DNA of 62,104 nucleotides, filler included, from Circinaria calcarea (lineage: Eukaryota): the NCBI GenBank assembly GCA_051942165.1. It is 7 parts of 7 records of this genome, joined end to end, with 100 filler letters (N's around TTAATTAATTAA, not from the genome) between each part and the next. Parts side by side here need not be neighbours in the genome. Positions count along the whole stretch, not along the records: positions 17,803 to 26,597 come from JAVECS010001047.1; positions 26,698 to 35,488 come from JAVECS010001048.1; positions 35,589 to 44,362 come from JAVECS010001049.1; 4 more parts are not named here. One strand, given 5' to 3'. This document shows positions 24,901-36,051 of the stretch, piece by piece (position 1 is the stretch's first letter; each line of letters opens with the position of its first letter). The notes under the pieces were generated by a model that saw only the letters and a program-made list of their open reading frames with translations, searched no databases and was not told where the DNA came from. Both the position numbers and the translations under genes were made by a program.

Positions 24901-25899
24901 TATGATTTCTTTAATAGACGGACGTGTTCCTCTGTTAATATAGCGTTGATGTAAACTCCTGATATTTTCAGGTAGATTCGACCGTCCTTTGATAAGCTGT
25001 GTTAATAAACTGGATATAAGATGCTTAAGTTTTTGTTCTTGCTGTCTTTTATAATTGCAGAATAGAAATGCGATAGCAATATCGCTTTCGGTTTGAAGCT
25101 TGCTCCAAAGGTCATCAATCACGATGGATATGATAATTATCTTACCAGCTCCTGGCATCCCTTGGCAAAAAAGAGTCTGCTTCGTGCTGCTGACCCAGGT
25201 TTCGAATTCCTGGGAATCTAATAGCCATTGTCCGGTTCCCGTTTACTGTCGGCCGATAAAATCGCTCTGCTGCGCCGCGAAATCGGCGGATAAAAGCCAG
25301 CTCTCGATAAAACGACGTTCGTGGTTATCGTGATGCCTGTGCAAGCGATCTATATTATTTTTTATTATCTGAAACAGATTACTGGCGGGCATTAATAAGG
25401 CCGGACTATACGAGCTGATCGGGTAAATTTATACATAATAATACCCCCATTGAAAGCATTTAATAAATTGATATTCGAGCTTATACGGGAGCGAAGTTCT
25501 GCCATATCATCCGGTTCCTATTTTAATTTTTTCTATAGTCGTTGCGACTTGCCGCTGAGATTTTTATAATTAATATCTAAATTCTAGTATTTCTCGATTA
25601 TCTTGTCTGAATCGACTAGTACGCTATGACATCCTTGAGTGATATCGTATAGATGTGTTTTTTGCCGGTCGGTAAGTTCTCGTTTAGATAGGACGTCCTT
25701 AAGATCCCTGAGGACATTCGATAGGCTCTTTACCCTTTAATAGTTGAAGTGATTAGCGTCGGAACCTTTTGAATAAAGAATTATTTTACTCCTCTAAGAT
25801 TCTCTTGAACTGGTCCGGTGAGTCGATAAATCTCTTGCGGACCTTGTTCGCGAGCGTGGACACCGCGATAATATCACCTATACCTATATTAAAACTCAT
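21988..25899 (-). pseudogene. Fungal NLR pseudogene: HeLo-like/SesA-type N-terminus, NACHT, ankyrin repeats; RIP-mutated
   Basis: N-term MSFNIGIGDIIAVSTLANKVRKRFIDSPDQFKRI; GTGQWLL, P-loop GMPGAGKI, Walker B IVINALDE, FLLAQLHLDSL; in-frame stops at 25243, 23959, 23692 and 23302 lie where Q/W codons are expected. Confidence 0.92.
22090..23560 (-). repeat. Highly conserved ankyrin tandem array, ~15 units of mostly 99 bp (33 aa)
   Basis: Unit ~GADINAQGGYYGNALQAAAARGHENIIRLLLSE; TTGATATCTGCACC recurs every ~99 bp, with some 96- and 90-bp units. Confidence 0.92.
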
Positions 25900-26597
25900 C
25901 GTGAAGGTCACAACATAGTTGCGCGTTGCAAATAAAAATATCTAAAAAACATGAATTGCTGTTCAAAGTCGATGTAATGCCACGGATAGAGTTCGAAATA
26001 ATAATAATATAGCATATATTTTATATCAGCCTTGCGCATATAGTATTGGGACATCAGCTGACACCGGCAGATAAAGGTTGCACCTAATGGTCGCAACTTT
26101 CAGACCCCACCTTCTCATCCCTACGGAGTAGCGATGCACCTTCCATTCGCAGAAGCTGGCTGTCACTTAGGAAACGGACCATCGCGCTTTCGTAGAAGAT
26201 CGGCGTTCGCGAAGCCGCTATTGGTGGAGAGATACACTGTCGCAAGACCAATATCGCAGAAGATCATTAATCCTAGAGGATGGCTTCGCAATGATTTGTT
26301 GCAACAGTGACAATGCGAAGTGGGGTGGGTGAAGGGGTTTGTTAATATGAGAATACCGATAGACTTTTTGTGTCGCTCTTAAATACAAGTATTTACTATT
26401 ATCGAGATTTGATAAATCGCTAGAAGCTACGGAGAACAAATGCAAGCTGGAATCCGCTGTTTTGCTACTTTTGGCAAGCGTTTACCAGCCTCGTAGCGAG
26501 CCAGATACCCGTCACCTGGGAACACCCTTCGACAAGAATATACCCCTCAAACCTCCTTCCTCTCCCTCTCATCCCTCTTCCCCTCGAGCCCCTCCTC

Positions 26598-26697
26598 NNN
26601 NNNNNNNNNNNNNNNNNNNNNNNNNNNNNNNNNNNNNNNNNTTAATTAATTAANNNNNNNNNNNNNNNNNNNNNNNNNNNNNNNNNNNNNNNNNNNN
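26598..26697. other. Artificial contig linker
   Basis: N44-TTAATTAATTAA-N44. Confidence 0.99.
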
Positions 26698-29600
26698 CCG
26701 AAGCTTTTTCGTATGGGTGCTCCCGTTCTTTCAAGTGGGCTACACAAAGATCCTTCATCTTGAAGACATACCAGATGTTGATGGAGACCTTAAGGGACAA
26801 ATTGCTGGTAAAAGGCTTCAAACAGCATGGGAGTTTTCAAGTGGCCGTCATCGGCTACTCAAGGCCACGTTCCGCGCTTTTCAATGGGCTTGTCTTTCCG
26901 CCATCCTACCGCGCCTTGCTCTCTCCGCCTTCACCTTTGCTCAGCCTTTCCTCATCAATGCAACCCTAGATTATGTGGGTAGTATATCCACTACAAAAAC
27001 TTCAAAGTATGGTGAAGCGCTTGTCGGCGCATACGTCCTAGTATATTTAGGATTGGCGGTAAGTTACTACCAGGATATGGATACGTTTTCTTGCTAAACT
27101 TCGTAATGACTTCAACGGCCGTATACTGGCGTCAAACATACCGCCATATTGCCATTATACGATCTGGCTTGATTTCAATTATATATGATCAAACTATTGC
27201 TTTGGGTGCTGCAGACCTAAGAGACACCGCAGCAATCACCTTAATGGGTACTGATGTCGAACGGATCGCCATAAGTCTGCGATCGATGCATGAAGCTTGG
27301 GCGTCTATTCTAGAAGTTGGGATTGCAATCTGGTTGTTGGAACGTCAACTTGGGGTTGCTTGCTTCATCCCACTTGTGATCTCAATCGGTATCTCATCTC
27401 GATCCCCTGCATTCATGCTGTATATTTGAAGCTACAGTTGAGTTCAACCACTGATTACGTTAAAGGTTCCGTCATAGCAATGGTACCAGTATCGACCCGA
27501 TCCGGAGATGCCCAAAAGCATTGGATTGAGCGCGTGCAAAAGCGATTAGCAGTGACTTCAAGCATGTTGAAGGACATGAAAGCCGTACAGATGCTAGGAC
27601 TCACAGATGTCCTATTCACCATCATCTCAAAGCTGCGGCAGATCGAAGTGGAGACTTCGGTACGCTTCCGGAAGCTGATGATCTGGCAAGTCGCTTTGTG
27701 TAAGTTCTGACGATTAACAAGGCAACATGTGGTCATGATCTGACCTGATGCTTAGCAAACTTACCTATGGACCTTGCCCCTTTTGCGACTTTCGCCATAT
27801 ATGCCGTTATAGCCTTAGTACGGCAAGATGGCTCTATCCTTTCAGCTCAGGCATTCACTTCTCTTGCTCTGATTTCTCTGATGACTAGTCCGCTTCTAAC
27901 TTTTTGTCAAGCCATGCCCTCCCTTCTTCAAGCTTTCTCCTGCTTCGACCGGATTGAAACATACTGCGTGCTGGACTGTAGACCTCAACCAGCATCTTCC
28001 TACCACCTACAACAGTCTGATAGTTCGTCCAGCGACGGATTGGAGCTTCAATGTCGCAGCAGCCTCTCGGGTGATATCCTGGTGTCGTTTCAAAATGCCA
28101 CCATCTCACGGACCCGGGAAACAGATCCGGTGCTTCAAAGCGTAAGTCTCGTTATCCGGAAAGGAATTACCATGGTCATCGGTCCCGTTGGAAGCGGCAA
28201 GTCAACATTGATTGAAAGCATTCTCGGCGAAACCACGTTGCGTAGTGGCTCGGTTTCTCCTTCGCTTGCAAGGTTCGCCTATTGCCCCCAGGTCCCATGG
28301 ATTCAGAATAATACCATTCGGCAAAACATCGTCGGCGCATCAGAGATCGATGAAAACTGGTATGCTTTCGTACTTTCAACCTGTGGCCTTGAGGAAGACC
28401 TCGGGGTCATTCCGGGTGGTGATTCACACATGACTGGAAGCAGTGGTGTTGCCCTTAGTGGAGGACAGAAGCAACGGATTGTAATTTCTCTTCGCTCAGT
28501 TCTTTTATAGCCTATATCATACTAATAGAATTACTCTCCAGATTCTCGCACGCGCTATTTATTCTAGGCTCGAAGTTACAATTCTCGATAACGTGTTCAG
28601 TGGCGTTGACTCGAACAATGTTGCCTTGATTACCAGCAGACTATTCGGTAAGGAAGGCCATTTCCGCAAATCTGGACGGTCGGCGATCCTTGTTACGAAC
28701 TCTTGTAAGTTTGCCTATGATATGTAGCACGCTAGCTTAAACCATTCCCCCCACTAGATCAATGCTAATGGTAACGCAGATGATATGCTTTCTCTTGCAG
28801 ATAACATCATTGTAATAGAAGGTGGAAGGATTGCGGATGTAGGCTCATATGAGGCCATTCTCCAGCGAAACTCAGAGCTTACTGCGATGCTGCGAAACAC
28901 CAGCGATCATGATTCCACTTCAGCATTTGACTCGACTGCGCCGTATACAATAAAGACCCCAGAGATAGCATCCCAAGTCATCACAGAAGTGGCACAAATC
29001 GAAGATATCGACCAGTCCAGACAGACGGGTACCTGGGGTGTATATTTGTACTATTTACGAAGCACTGGATACATTCCGTTAGCTTTCTTCGGAATATTTG
29101 CGGTATCTGAAGCCTTCACCGCAAACTTTAGCAGTATGGTCTTGGGGTCTTCCTCTGCTATACGGTCAGATAGTGCTGATACTTCTTTTGACAGCGATAT
29201 GGGTGCAATGGTGGGTTGAAGCCAACGAACGACATCCAAACCAGCAAATAGGAATGTATCTTGGAGTTTATGGCATGTTATTTGCCACTACTCTCTTAAG
29301 TGTTATAGCAGGTTGCTGGTATATAAATCATAAACAATGCGTTGGAGGTAATCTGATCCGAATCAGGGTACTTTTCGTCAAGATGCTCAATAATGCCTCG
29401 CTTAACCTGCATTCGAATTTGCTTAACGCAGCGCTTAGGTTCGTATACCCATTCCTTTCTAATATCACTTAGGGTTAAACTGACTGTTGAGATGCAGAGC
29501 ACCGTTTGCTTTCTTCCAAATTACAGATACAGGATCAATCACCAATAGGTAATTGCTCAAATTCTGTTTTATTTTATCTTTTCCCTTTTCTCCTGACCCT

Positions 29601-31144
29601 ATCGTAGGTTTGGCCAAGATATGGAACTCATTGACATGATGCTCCCTATTTATGCTGTCAATTTTGTGAATGGTGAGCATTACTGGAAGGGTATCGGAAT
29701 CTGGCTTGGAACTGATCAAGCTCATAGCATCTATTACGTGCTTTATCAAGTTAATCGTTTTATGTGCCATTGGGAATTATGTCGCAGGACCCGTTCCCGT
29801 TCTCGCTGTCGTGCTATATTTCATTCAGTCATACTACTTACGTACCTCACGGCAGGTCCGCTTGTTGGATATCGAAGCTAAGGCTCCACTCTATACCCAC
29901 TTTCTCGAGACCATTGAGGGTATCTTAACTATTCGAGCCTTTCATTGGCAACCTCAACTCCAGCTACAATGCCAACGATTACTGAACCAATCACAAAAAC
30001 CTATATATATGCTGTTTTGCATACAACAATGGCTCAAATTAGTCCTCGACTTAGTGGTTGGAGGAATTGCAGTCATCTTGGTAGTGTTTGTCACATCATT
30101 CAAGGATAAATTTACCTCGGCATCTATCGGAGTTGCTTTGAACTTACTTCTTACCTTCAACCAAAGCCTTACTCAAGCCATCAAGATGTGGACCATGATG
30201 GAAATATCGATTGGTGCGGTTTCGCGTATTGAACGTTTTGTTCAAGATACTCCTTCGGAGCAAAGGGTGGTTAATTCACTGCCTCCTCCGCTAGAAGCAT
30301 GGCCGTCTTGTGGCGCTATTCAGTTTGAGAGGGTGACAGCTAGCTACACGTATGTTTTACCTTGCTCGTACTTGCAAGATAACAGAAGTCTTGAAATTAA
30401 CAATCACTATAGTCCAGCCACGTCACCAGTGCTCAAGAATCTCACCTTAGCTATCCAGCCAGGCGAGAAAATTGCGGTTTGCGGTCCATCCGGCAGCGGA
30501 AAAACCTCCCTGATCATGGCCCTGCTCCAAATGCTCGATGTCTCTTACGGCCGTATTACTATAGACGGAGTGGATCTCTCGGTGAATAGACGGAATGACA
30601 TTCGTTCCCGCCTTAACGTCATCCCCCAAGATCCCTTCTTTATACCGGGCAGTATAAGGCTTAATCTTGATCCTCATGGTTGCGTATCCGATGAGCTCAT
30701 ACAATCCGCGCTTAAAAAAGTGGGATTATGGAATCGAATCAACTCGAATGGGAATTTGGAGAATGAACTTTCCGCTTCTGATTGGTCAGTCGGACAAAGA
30801 CAGCTGCTGGCCCTGGCTCGCGCTCTTCTGATCAAAAGTCCAATTTTGATTCTGGATGAAGCTGTAAGCAGGTATGATCAGCCTGTAAACTGATAATCGT
30901 GTTTTCTGACTTTTCTCTTAGTGTTGACTGGGAAACGGAGTCTATCATGCAAGATATTATAGAGAAGGAATTCTCACAGCAGACAGTCATCGCAGTTGTA
31001 CAACGGTTTCGATATATTAATCGATTCGGTCGAGTAGCGCTGCTGAAGCATGGCGAGCTTATTGAATATGAAAGCTCGGAAGCGTTGCTTAATCGGAATT
31101 CGGAGTTCAGGAAATTATATTTGGCTTTGCAAAAGCCAAGCTGA
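26698..31144 (+). CDS. ABCC/MRP-type full-size ABC transporter, 5'-truncated, ~12 introns; possibly decaying
   Basis: TMD1 (TFAQPFLIN, LMGTDVERI), NBD1 GPVGSGKST / LSGGQKQR, TMD2 (TSRQVRLLDIEAKAPLY), NBD2 GPSGSGKTS / WSVGQRQLLALARA / ILILDEA. Confidence 0.92.
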
Positions 31145-31160
31145 ATTTCATATAGAAAAT

Positions 31161-31304
31161 TATTAAACATATGGCGTGCCGTGATTTAAGTAATGTATTA
31201 AGACAGGAATCAATACGTATACAATAGTGTATATTATGTATCATCTGAAGTGTGAACTATACGGTTCGCAAAGTGCGAAGGTAGGGGAAAACTCTGCAAC
31301 CCAC
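31161..31304 (-). mobile_element. Truncated, degraded copy of LTR family B
   Basis: Aligns by eye with 34282-34424 (ATTAAGAC, ACAATAGT, GTTCGC-AAGTG-GAAG, GGGGAAAACTCTGCA-CCCAC); similarity stops at 31304. Confidence 0.7.
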
Positions 31305-31584
31305 TGTTATGACGCCCCGCTATTTTGAAAGCTGTGTCAGAACTAGACTCTAGTGTCCGCTTAAGAACATTAATGGAGCAGAATGAGCAGAGTGAGTAGG
31401 AGAGTGCTTAGGGTGCTCAGGTTGCTTAGCACAGTATATAAGTAGGCTGTTCCTCACTCATTAGAATAGCATGCTTATAGCCATACATGGAATAAAAATA
31501 GACCAATATCACGTTCTTAGTAATCGTGCACCAAGGAGTGACTCTATCCCTTATAAAAGTCTAGCCTATCCTAGCACTCTTACA
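31305..31584 (+). mobile_element. Putative solo LTR (TG...CA, ~280 bp) abutting the family-B fragment
   Basis: Starts TGTTATGA and ends TCTTACA; internal GTATATAAG (TATA) and AATAAA; no clean TSD. Confidence 0.45.
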
Positions 31585-32300
31585 ACCAATGGTAATGTAG
31601 AAGTGTATTTGCTCCCCCACTAATCAGCCTTTTGGCTTGATATAAGTGGGTCCCGAGTTGCCTTTTTGCCTTTCCTTGAAAAACCGCCTCAGATTTAGTA
31701 GCCTCAGCTAGGGGATCAATTCCGGTTGGTAAGTTTTGGTGTGGGGGTTTCTTGGTCAGCTGCGTGCCTGGTAGACTCGGGCATTGGTTGTTATATTCCA
31801 TGGCTCCATTAGGTATTTAATACTCATTGGGCTAAATTCGACGTCATCTGAGAGGGTAGCCCTTGTCATACCCAAACAACGCACCGTTCCCACCTTTGTC
31901 GGCGCCTATCTGCATTATCTGTGAGTACTCAGCCTCATTGGCACACGAAGTTTCTCATTTTGATTCGTCTTCGATACATGCGAACCATATACTCTAGTTG
32001 GGATCACACTGTCTGTCGATCTTGCTTTCCACGTTTGTTACTCTGACTGGCCTGTTTTATTCATGTATGTCCTAGTTAGGCTATAATGCTATCTCGTCTT
32101 ATCATGCTGCATTCGTTCTTCCTCAGGCAAAGATTCTCCTGCAATACTCGGCTAGGAAGTAGGAGGCTGTGCAGAAGCCTATCAAGCTGTTATAAAACCA
32201 GACATCCTATATTTTACTTTCATCTACCTTTGATTTCTTCCCTTCGCGGAACTTGTTAGACACTAGAACCACAGCGACAGCTGCCGGCACTTTATAAACC

Positions 32301-33796
32301 ATGGAACTTCTATTTGCGACTAGCCTTAATTCAAGTAATGTATCGCTCGGAATGCCACCTCCGAACGTCCAGGTCAACTTCGATAACCCAGATTCTATAG
32401 CTTGGAAGGTACATACTACGGCTATCGTATGCGGAGCATCTGTAGCTCTCTTCGTTGCTATGCAAATATACACAAACCTTTGCACTAAAAGGTCAATGGG
32501 TTTGGATGATGGTAAGCGCTTAGCGTATGCAACAAATATATCTGCTGAATGTAATATAGTTGCATCTGTTATCGCGACTGTAATAACATATACTCGAATA
32601 TTGAATGTAACCTAATCTTCTTACAACAGTTGGGTTTACTTATTTATATGGGCTTTGTATTAGCCGGTACATTAAAAAGAATTTATTTCAAGTTCGACAT
32701 ATAAGCTGATGATGGCCTTCAGGAGTACAACAAGGCTATGGACGCCACTTATGGGATAACAATCCAGTAATCTTAACAGTTAGACAGCAGTCTGTATGAA
32801 TTTCGACAAAGAAAATTATTGGTTGCTAACTCTGCTAATTCTGTGTGTTTAGTACATCTTAATGTGCAACTTCCTATACGGGCCGATCAATTTATCTATG
32901 AAACTATCCCTCTTCCTTGTTCTCTTACGTGTTTTTAGGCCAGACTACTCTGTCAAATGTATGGTCTGGTTTGGGATCGTATTTGCCTCTTTACTTTATA
33001 TCTCCAGCACAGCGATACTTATTGCTCTCTGTGCTCCCAGGACCAAACATATATTCCTGGAGATTTCCCAAACAGCAAACTGTCGCAAAACCTGGTACCT
33101 TGAGATTGTCCAAGGTACGATAGGTATGGTCACCGACTTTTACCTTCTGGCAATTCCTATTCCAACAATTGTAAGACTTCAGCTGCGTTTCAGAAGGAAA
33201 GTTGGAATTCTAATAGTCTTTGGAATGGGCATCTTGTAAGTTGCAGCAGCTTAAGCCGAGTCTGTATATAAACTCCTAACTTTTGTCAAGCACATGCGTA
33301 GCCAGTTGTCTGGGTCTATGGGTCCAATTTAAACTTAGGAGCTCGACGGATTTTACTTGGGACGCCATTGATCCCATCAACATTGCGTAATCAGGCTTTC
33401 TTTCACTCAGAGTCGTACAAGCTGATTATATATAGGATCATCGAGATAAGCGTCGGGATTATTACTGGGGCTCTGCTGGCGTTCCCGGCGTTTTATCGGC
33501 ATCTGAAACCCTCAATAAAGCCCTTCTTCCAAATCCTCGATACTAGGATGCGCACTATGATCACTCGAAGTGGTCGCTGGACTCACCCTCGATTAAAGAC
33601 TCAATGGAGTATGAACCGGACCTGGTACGGGGCGCATCAGCTCCAGAAACTACCCCATTCTGTTTATGATCTCGATGATGCGGTCAGCCTCGAATGGGAG
33701 ATTATCGCCCAAAGACGAATCTGCCAAGCCACCGGCTGCGCTGAGCAGACGAGAGAGGTCATTATTACCGAGTCCATCTTATTGAGTATGCAGTAA
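32301..33796 (+). CDS. Fungal rhodopsin-domain (PTH11-like) integral membrane receptor, multi-exon
   Basis: Spliced: LGMPPPNVQVNFDNP, MGLDD, GYGRHLWD, KLSLFLVLLRVF, VTDFYLLAIPIPTIVRLQL-RRKVGI, DFTW, EISVGII. The last 5 codons and the stop come from an LTR. Confidence 0.85.
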
Positions 33797-33938
33797 TGTG
33801 TGGTGGCATTCATGCTATCTATGTGTATAACTAAGGAACTATCTATGCTACGAAAAAGTGCTTTTATGGTGTGTAGGAAGTGTTAAGCATGGACCTCTTA
33901 AGTAACACATGCCTCGGTAAGCCCTATGACTTCCAACA
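33780..33938 (-). mobile_element. Solo LTR family A (Copia-like TGTTG...CAACA), 159 bp, TSD CATCT
   Basis: CATCT at 33775-33779 and 33939-33943; the left end reads TATTG (one transition from TGTTG); homologous to 53853-54010 and 59814-59965. Confidence 0.9.
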
Positions 33939-34281
33939 CATCTAGTAGGATATATAATACCTATATCGAGATACGTCTGAACTCAAACGAGCTTCGGATT
34001 CCCATTGACAACGACTGTGTGGATCAGAATCGATTGGTAAAGGGAAAAGGAGAGCTCATGTGTAAAAGCCTAATAATTAAGAACGTACTCGCAAGGACGA
34101 ATAAGTGGGCAACAGAAGACAACGGAACGGGGATTTTTCACTTGACTCAAATGGAAATTCGTCTGAACTGGCAGGTGCAAGGAAAACTGTATTGGCAAGA
34201 GATCCCAATCTCAGTAATCTGGTGTAAGTGATGTGGGAAGGTGAGGGACGAGCTGGCGGTGCGGCACAGTTAAACTGAAAA

Positions 34282-34493
34282 TATTAAAGGTATGGTAGGG
34301 AGGGACTCAAGCAATGCATTAAGACGGTATTTGGTATGTACACAATAGTCGATATATTGTGTAACATATACTGAAGATGCATAGTTCGCGAAGTGTGAAG
34401 CCAAGGGGAAAACTCTGCAGCCCACGCTAACACTACTAGGGGCAGTACAGAACTTCTGCATAGCATACGGTATGCTTGGCTCTCTATTTAACA
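34282..34493 (-). mobile_element. Solo LTR family B, ~212 bp
   Basis: Reverse-complement homolog of 58134-58346; ends TGTTAAA / TTTAATA; flanks GAAAA and GAATA (TSD with one mismatch). Confidence 0.85.
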
Positions 34494-34550
34494 GAATATA
34501 CATGCGATGTAAGAACACTGGAGCTGTCTTGGTCACGGGTTATACTAACC

Positions 34551-35125
34551 ATGAAGTCCCTCTTCCTTCGCCAACCAATCCGTCACAGCCCTCTTAAACC
34601 TCCAAACCGCCCAAACCCCTTCCAACCCCCTCAAGCGCAAAGCTCTCTACCACTTGCGCCAATAAGTCTCGACCCGGAATTCAACCTCTGCGATTGCGGC
34701 ACAAGCGTTCCAGAGGCACTATCCAGGAATTGTGTATTTGACACCATGTCCGCGGGGTGGCTACCGCCATACTCGCGACGCCGAGCTGACAGCTGAATTC
34801 GATCACGCTGGTCCAGGACTGAACGGCGAGTGGGCGTATTTCGCTGATGCCAATGGCACCAGGCCTATTTCCGTGGTGGAAATTGGAGCTCTGGGGGGAC
34901 TGAGAGCGGTCGTTTTGGGCCCCAAGGGATTGGCATGTTGCGCATTGTCTATTCTACTGGGAAAAATACATTCGCATGAGGCATACTGGATTAGTTATGG
35001 AGAGGAGGTTTGATCGAGTTGCTCATGCACAGCATTGTCGGAGATTAGCCATGAAACGTAATCCGAACCATAACCTCCTCATCGAAGTGTAGGTCAGGAT
35101 GAATGTAAGCTTTGCTAAAGCTTGA
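34551..35125 (+). pseudogene. HXXHC twin-motif protein (UstYa/DUF3328-related oxidase), frameshifted pseudogene
   Basis: CDCGTSVPEALSRNCVFDTMSAGWLPP, then a frameshift to DAELTAEF..WAYFADANGT, then a frameshift to WHVAHCLFYWEK..HAQHC; TAG at 35090. Confidence 0.7.
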
Positions 35126-35247
35126 GTCATAATATAATGTTTTCATCTATTTGGGTGGTGCATCGTCTTTAATTGGATAAGTAAGGGCCCTCCTGTATCA
35201 TTGTAAACAATCTCTGTTCCCACGCAGAACGATGGATGTATCAGGCT

Positions 35248-35488
35248 TTACATGTCATCAATATCGTAAATCTGTCGGCGCACGTTTGCTGATGAAATAG
35301 CAAGTAAAGCAAGCGTGAACAAGCCCGCCGCTAGCAGGAATGGTAGGCCCATCCAAAAATCGCCCAGTTTCATTCCCCATGAAAAAGTCTTGGCGAGTAA
35401 AGGTCCACCTACGAATATGCCACAATATGTCATTGTCGCTATGCCGGTGTACAAGGTACCAAGGTGTTTCTGCTCGACCAAGCTCGTA
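35248..35488 (-). CDS. MFS transporter C-terminal end (5' part beyond contig end)
   Basis: LVEQKHLGTLYTGIATM..GIFVGGPLLAKTFSWGMKLGDFWMGLPFLLAAGLF, typical of TM11-12 in fungal cluster-associated MFS proteins. Confidence 0.8.
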
Positions 35489-35588
35489 NNNNNNNNNNNN
35501 NNNNNNNNNNNNNNNNNNNNNNNNNNNNNNNNTTAATTAATTAANNNNNNNNNNNNNNNNNNNNNNNNNNNNNNNNNNNNNNNNNNNN
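35489..35588. other. Artificial contig linker
   Basis: N44-TTAATTAATTAA-N44. Confidence 0.99.
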
Positions 35589-36051
35589 TACAGCATCGGG
35601 CTTAGCCCATCGGTGCCGTCCTTCCGAGCATAAACAAATTTCTAGCAAAAAAAAACTAAAACCCCCCAAGTCTGGTAAATTGTGGAGGGAGATCTTACTT
35701 GAAACGGCTGCTTTAATGGTCATGATCCCCAAAGGAGAACAGAACTGCAACTAGCGATTGCGATCAAGACTACAGTTACACAAAAAGGATCAGGTTTACC
35801 TTCGGACTTGTAAAAATACCAAAAACACTCCGGTTCAGCACGAAGTTCTTTCATCCCCTGTCAGCTCGTCACCTGATTCACGGGGCAGAACTCGGCAAGG
35901 TATAGGTTACATTCATTGCTGTGCACATAAAAACTACTTGTGTACACTGCTGGGCAACCATTCTACAAGTTGCTATGCTTGATCTGCGGTAAATTGAAGT
36001 GCTCGCAAGTCCTGAATCGTAGCTTCCACGCAGATGGGTTTGGTCCTTTCA

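Noticed and set aside
20873..26597. Starship-type giant transposon inserted at 5S rDNA and carrying the NLR
   Set aside because: The 5S copy is full-length and uninterrupted, and I see no tyrosine-recombinase captain or boundary repeat.
35775..35860. Possible box C/D snoRNA on the minus strand (ATGAAAG..CTGA..CTGA with a short terminal stem)
   Set aside because: Box C is non-consensus and I could not match a guide to rRNA or snRNA by eye. It needs snoscan/Infernal.
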